Source of the DNA: an uncultured bacterium
GTDB lineage: Bacteria; Patescibacteriota; JABMPQ01; CAVVCK01
Length of the DNA stretch: 64,000 bases
Direction: 5' to 3'
Assembly (NCBI GenBank): GCA_963746775.1
Contig: CAVVCK010000001.1
Location: 83,050 to 147,049 of the forward strand
Under the pieces are notes generated by a model. The model made no database searches. It was given only the letters and a program-made list of their open reading frames with translations, and was not told the origin of the DNA. The position numbers and the translations under genes are program-made. Numbering within the stretch: position 1 is the first letter of the stretch; each line of letters opens with the position of its first letter. Shown here in pieces: positions 60,328 to 64,000 of this stretch.

Positions 60328-61047
60328 TTACTTTTTCCAATAATCTAGATTTGAAAACTCATCTACTGCACAATAATAATTTTTTAAGTCTTGTGACATT
60401 TTATTAATGATCTGACCTCTTATTATTTTACCATTCTCTAATCTTCCCTTCTTTATTGGCCAATACTTTTGTTCTTTTACAAACAGTCCGGGTAAAAAAC
60501 CAAACATCATATAAAACGACTCAAATTCTTTATTTACTGCTAACAATTTTCCAAGCACATCAATAGGAATTAAGTTTGAATATAAATTTATTTTATAGCT
60601 CAAACTCATCCTAATAAAAGGCAGGTTAATTTGTAAATGTTCCCAATCCTTAATCGTCATGCCTTTTAGTTTTTCTTCGAGATCAATTTCTGATACTTTT
60701 TTTAATATTTTTAATAATTCATTTGTCGCATTCTTCACACCACCAGAACCTACTACAAATCCTAGTGGTTCACTCATGTGACTTATAAGCATATTTCTAA
60801 GCGATAATAGATCATCTTTTGCAATATTATATGCTTCTTTATATTTCCTTATTTCTCGCTCTTTTAAAAGCTTATCAACAATAAAGATAGTAAAAATAAT
60901 AATTACAAAAGAAGCGCTAAGATTGATAAAAAAATCTCCAAATTTATTATCAAAACAGAAACCTAATGCAAAACTTATAAACGAACAAAGAAGCAAAATA
61001 ATTATCAATTTTTTATTCTCTTTTATAACCGCTATAATTTTCTTCAT
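60328..61047 (-). CDS. Hypothetical protein with two N-terminal TM helices and a soluble domain of about 160 aa
   Basis: 239 aa. TM1 LIIILLLCSFISFALGFCF, TM2 FFINLSASFVIIIFTIFIV. No recognisable catalytic motif. Confidence 0.4.
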   Translation of the reverse strand: MKKIIAVIKENKKLIIILLLCSFISFALGFCFDNKFGDFFINLSASFVIIIFTIFIVDKLLKEREIRKYKEAYNIAKDDLLSLRNMLISHMSEPLGFVVGSGGVKNATNELLKILKKVSEIDLEEKLKGMTIKDWEHLQINLPFIRMSLSYKINLYSNLIPIDVLGKLLAVNKEFESFYMMFGFLPGLFVKEQKYWPIKKGRLENGKIIRGQIINKMSQDLKNYYCAVDEFSNLDYWKK

Positions 61048-61050
61048 TTT

Positions 61051-61758
61051 TTATGATAATAAAACCTTATTCCATTGTAAATTAATATATTCCAAAACTT
61101 TAACCCATGAAATGTTTAGAATATCAACAATTGGAACAAAATCATCAAGATTTAATTTTAATCTATTTTCAGGATTCGTTATTTTCCTCCAATCAAAATA
61201 TTCTTTCTCTTCTCCTATTTTGGGTAAACAAAAATTTCTTTCCTTTACCAAACCTGGCAATATTCGACCATGAACCAAAAAATTTCTATAATTTTTTATT
61301 TCCTGCAGAGGGTATAAATTCATTTTTTGCCAGGCTGCACAAGCTTCTTTGCTACCATTATTTTTATTTTTTCTCTTCTCCAACCATGGATCGTAATCAG
61401 TAGGATTCCCAAATCTTTCTAGTAACTCAAACACTAAATCAAGCGAGCCACTTAATCTAGTCATACCGTCTATCAAATCATCATGATTAATAAGATTCTT
61501 TTTTAAAATATCAAATACTCTAATAAGATGCCTTAGTATTGAATAATGCAACTGCGCAATACAAACGTCATTTGCCGTTTTCCCTATTATTTTTAGTTCT
61601 TCGTCCGTCTTAAAATGAATATCTTTTGGTCTATTAGTTAATGACACAACATTTTTCAACCAAAAATCTTCATAACATTGTAACTGGTCTTTAATAAATA
61701 TATCCCAGTATTTTTGTTCATAATAATCGCCATCAACGGCTAGATTGTAACTACTCAT
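61051..61758 (-). CDS. Hypothetical protein with an Rx4H HEPN-like motif (candidate HEPN RNase)
   Basis: 235 aa. EIKNYRNFLVHGRIL contains R-N-x3-H-G, similar to HepT/Abi/Cas13-type HEPN catalytic motifs. The domain call rests on the motif alone. Confidence 0.35.
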   Translation of the reverse strand: MSSYNLAVDGDYYEQKYWDIFIKDQLQCYEDFWLKNVVSLTNRPKDIHFKTDEELKIIGKTANDVCIAQLHYSILRHLIRVFDILKKNLINHDDLIDGMTRLSGSLDLVFELLERFGNPTDYDPWLEKRKNKNNGSKEACAAWQKMNLYPLQEIKNYRNFLVHGRILPGLVKERNFCLPKIGEEKEYFDWRKITNPENRLKLNLDDFVPIVDILNISWVKVLEYINLQWNKVLLS

Positions 61759-62437
61759 ATTTGCGTTAAAACTTTATCAATTTTCTCCTCCATTATTTTA
61801 ATCAGCTTTTTGTTAGTATTAATAATTTCCTCCTCTTTTTTCACTTCAGCAACAAGCTGTTTTTGAATTTTAATTGAAGGAAGTGGAATCTTAATTTTTT
61901 CGAGATCTCCTTTGGTAATATGAACAAGTCCAACTCCTCCATGTAAATTATTTTCCACATCTTTAACAGCCATTTTTAATGCATAATATAAAAATTTTTC
62001 AGTATATTTATCAGAAAAAATAACCTTAAATATATGTTGATTTAATATACCTTTTCCCCTATTCCAAATATGCGGACCAAAAGAAGTACCTCTAGAACCA
62101 GACCAAGAAAATAATAAATCCCCATTATTAATAATTATTTTGTCTTGTACTTTTCCTGAATAATAATTAAATTTTGCTTGTAAATTATTCAAATTTTGAA
62201 TTCTAATAATAGGCAATCCACCATTTTCCTCTTTTTCCCAATCTTTTGGTTTAAATGCCCTACCATTTATAAATTCACAAACCTCACCTAATTCTACCCA
62301 TTCAACACCCTCTAACTTCCTAACCTCTTCACCAAAATATCGTCTCTCTCTCTAGATTTTTAATAACTTCATAAGCAGCATTAATCGCACCTTGCTTAGT
62401 TTCTATCTGTTTAATTATATCTTTTTGAACCTTATAA
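61755..62437 (-). pseudogene. hsdS: Remnant of a type I restriction-modification specificity subunit: central conserved region, a frameshift, then one target-recognition domain and the C-terminal conserved helix
   Basis: Frame A, 62329-62437: FYKVQKDIIKQIETKQGAINAAYEVIKNLERETIFW-stop (HsdS conserved helix). Frame B, 61755-62351: RERRYFGEEVRKLEGVEWVELGEVCEFINGRAFKPKDWEKEENGGLPIIRIQNL ... HGGVGLVHITKGDLEKIKIPLPSIKIQKQLVAEV ... (a TRD plus the HsdS C-terminal motif). The tracked ORF starts at a TTG inside frame B. There is no ATG, and the two frames overlap out of phase. Confidence 0.6.
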
Positions 62438-62602
62438 AACATAATCAGCAAATTTATGTTTAGATTCTTCATTATTTGAATCTGGTTTCGTGTATGTTTC
62501 TAAACTAACATTGGCCTTATTTTTACCATCATCAGCTAATAACCATCCGCTATTTTTTAGAAGATTATCAATTTTTATTCTAGCTTGTGCTTCTTTAGAC
62601 AT
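62432..62602 (-). pseudogene. hsdR: Orphan N-terminal 56 codons of a type I restriction endonuclease R subunit (HsdR N-domain), truncated by deletion
   Basis: MSKEAQARIKIDNLLKNSGWLLADDGKNKANVSLETYTKPDSNNEESKHKFADYVL-stop is the HsdR N-terminal signature (IDxxL ... GW ... DYVL). It is immediately followed, out of frame, by the hsdS fragment. No hsdM is present. Confidence 0.5.
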
Positions 62603-62863
62603 TTATTTTTAAGATATTAACTATTTTTTATTCTACTCTCTTAAAGCCCCAAAATCAATCAAAAATTATAATTTACATTTCATTTTTACTAACTCCTCTC
62701 CAATTCAACAAACTAAACCCCCACCAATTGCCCCAAATAACCAAATATGCTATAATCTAACCAACAAATTTAATTGAATAAAACATTTATACATAATATT
62801 TAAAACAAATATTACTATTTTGGCTTAAAATAAATATAATAAATAAAATTTAATAGAAACAAA

Positions 62864-64000
62864 ATGAAAAAATGCTCCAAGTGCGGTGCGGAAATGCCGG
62901 ACAATGAGAAATTTTGTATGCGTTGTGGTAATATTTTATCCACAGCTAGCAATACACCCGAAAAAACACCCGCAGCTAGCCCAGTCCAAAGCTCACCCAA
63001 GAAAAAATCAAAAATATGGCTTTGGGTTTTAATTATTTTTGTAGTTCTAGGAATCATTGGCATAGGTGTAATTGGCGTTGGTTATTATGCTTTTAAAAAA
63101 GTAACTGATAATACTGATGTAGTTACCGAAGATAATAATAGCGAACCAGCCAAAGTAGAAATATCCTGGGAATCAGAAGATAGGTTGCCTACTGCCTTCT
63201 ATACCAATAAAACAGAAAAGCTTATCACTTTTAAACTCAAAAGCGACAAGCCCACGAAAATAAAGCTGGAAGTGGAAATTCCCGATATCACGGAAAAGGA
63301 AACAAAAACCATTGAAGTCGGCACAACTCAAGTTACTTATGATGCTAAGCCTCCTTTCAAACAATCCGCTTATGGTCCACTGGGTAAAGCTCAGGATAAA
63401 TATATCATTATCAAGGCCACTGATGAAAATACCAATCGAATGATCGTAGATGATTCTCAAAAAATTACCGTACTCTCCCGCAACGATATGGTTTGGATAG
63501 ATAAAGACGGCACTAATAATATGAAATATATTGCCAAATGGGTAACAAAAGATAATAAAGAAGTCAAAGAATTAGTCCGAGTCGCTGCTGAATATAATGA
63601 TCAATTCTGCGGTCAGCACGCTATGGTAGGATACCTGGGCGGACCAGAAGAAGTTTATTGCCAAATGGCTTCCCTCTTTGCTGCCATGGGTGATTATTAC
63701 CAAATAGCCTATATTGCCTCAACGGAAAGTTATCAGACCTCCAATGCCCAAAGCGTCAAGCTGCCAGAAGAAGTAATTATGGAAAAAAGCGGACTATGTA
63801 TTGAAACGGTTTTGGTTATGGCCGCCGCTATGGAAAATCTAGGTATGGAACCGGTTATAGTTTTCATTCCCGGCCACGCCTGGGTAGCAGTCAAAACTTC
63901 CGCCGGCGCTTCTACTTATTATCATCTTGAAACTACCATGCTTGACTCGCCTGTCCTGGACGCGCTGGACCAAGGTGAAATGAATTGGTATCAAAATAGC
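62864..64000 (+). CDS. Partial (3'-truncated by the window) membrane protein: N-terminal zinc ribbon, one TM, then a transglutaminase-like cysteine-peptidase-fold domain
   Basis: ATG at 62864. MKKCSKCGAEMPDNEKFCMRCGN (C-x2-C ... C-x2-C), TM IWLWVLIIFVVLGIIGIGVIGVGYYAF, and later GLCIETVLVMAAAMENLGMEPVIVFIPGHAWVAVK (Cys ... His transglutaminase-like core). GC content is higher than the window average. The overlapping minus-strand ORFs 62815..63063 and 63173..63460 in the track are rejected. Confidence 0.6.
   Translation, partial: MKKCSKCGAEMPDNEKFCMRCGNILSTASNTPEKTPAASPVQSSPKKKSKIWLWVLIIFVVLGIIGIGVIGVGYYAFKKVTDNTDVVTEDNNSEPAKVEISWESEDRLPTAFYTNKTEKLITFKLKSDKPTKIKLEVEIPDITEKETKTIEVGTTQVTYDAKPPFKQSAYGPLGKAQDKYIIIKATDENTNRMIVDDSQKITVLSRNDMVWIDKDGTNNMKYIAKWVTKDNKEVKELVRVAAEYNDQFCGQHAMVGYLGGPEEVYCQMASLFAAMGDYYQIAYIASTESYQTSNAQSVKLPEEVIMEKSGLCIETVLVMAAAMENLGMEPVIVFIPGHAWVAVKTSAGASTYYHLETTMLDSPVLDALDQGEMNWYQNS

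Noticed and set aside
62815-63460. Minus-strand ORFs 62815..63063 and 63173..63460
   Set aside because: They are overlapped by a long plus-strand ORF (62864 to the window end) with a coherent zinc-ribbon/TM/transglutaminase-like architecture. The minus-strand translations have no features.

Overview
AT-rich (about 30% GC) bacterial chromosomal segment. Genes are densely packed and almost all on the minus strand up to about 47.7 kb; four plus-strand genes follow (cysS, dnaB, ybaB, recR), then minus-strand genes resume, with a plus-strand partial gene at the right edge. The compact genome style and fused genes hint at a reduced, possibly Patescibacteria/CPR-like genome, but that is inference only.

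Core content:
- A cobalamin-linked ribonucleotide reductase (RNR) locus (1..9969): a partial DUF4430-like lipoprotein, cobA/btuR, a 1424-aa tandem double class II RNR (NrdJ-NrdJ), an endonuclease IV-like TIM barrel, a 460-aa nucleotidyltransferase, a third NrdJ paralogue, and nrdR with two candidate NrdR boxes.
- Housekeeping genes: scpAB, ybaK-like, aspS, secDF, cysDN, secA, a Pif1-like helicase and hpf.
- A cell-wall/division (dcw-type) cluster: a murG-murC fusion, ftsW, murD, pgeF, ddl, ftsQ and mraY, interrupted by a D-aminoacylase-like gene, a CaCA antiporter and a GT2 synthase.
- dnaX, a gtrA-like gene, a VirD4/TraG-like ATPase and capA.
- Downstream of recR: rplU, a hypothetical gene, a secreted beta-helix protein, an AI-2E transporter and a lipoprotein.

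The most unusual part is the right end (57.3-62.6 kb), which is compositionally heterogeneous and looks like a defence/accessory island. It holds a Cas4-like nuclease/exonuclease fusion (DUF2779 type), an Lnu(A)/MNT-like small nucleotidyltransferase, a DUF4268-type PD-(D/E)xK nuclease, a 2TM protein, a protein with an Rx4H HEPN-like motif, and the frameshifted, deletion-collapsed remnants of a type I restriction-modification (R-M) system (hsdR N-terminus joined to a half hsdS). The four co-directional genes 58824..61758 are my best candidate for an undescribed defence or toxin-antitoxin-like module.

No rRNA, tRNA, CRISPR array, transposase or integrase was recognised.
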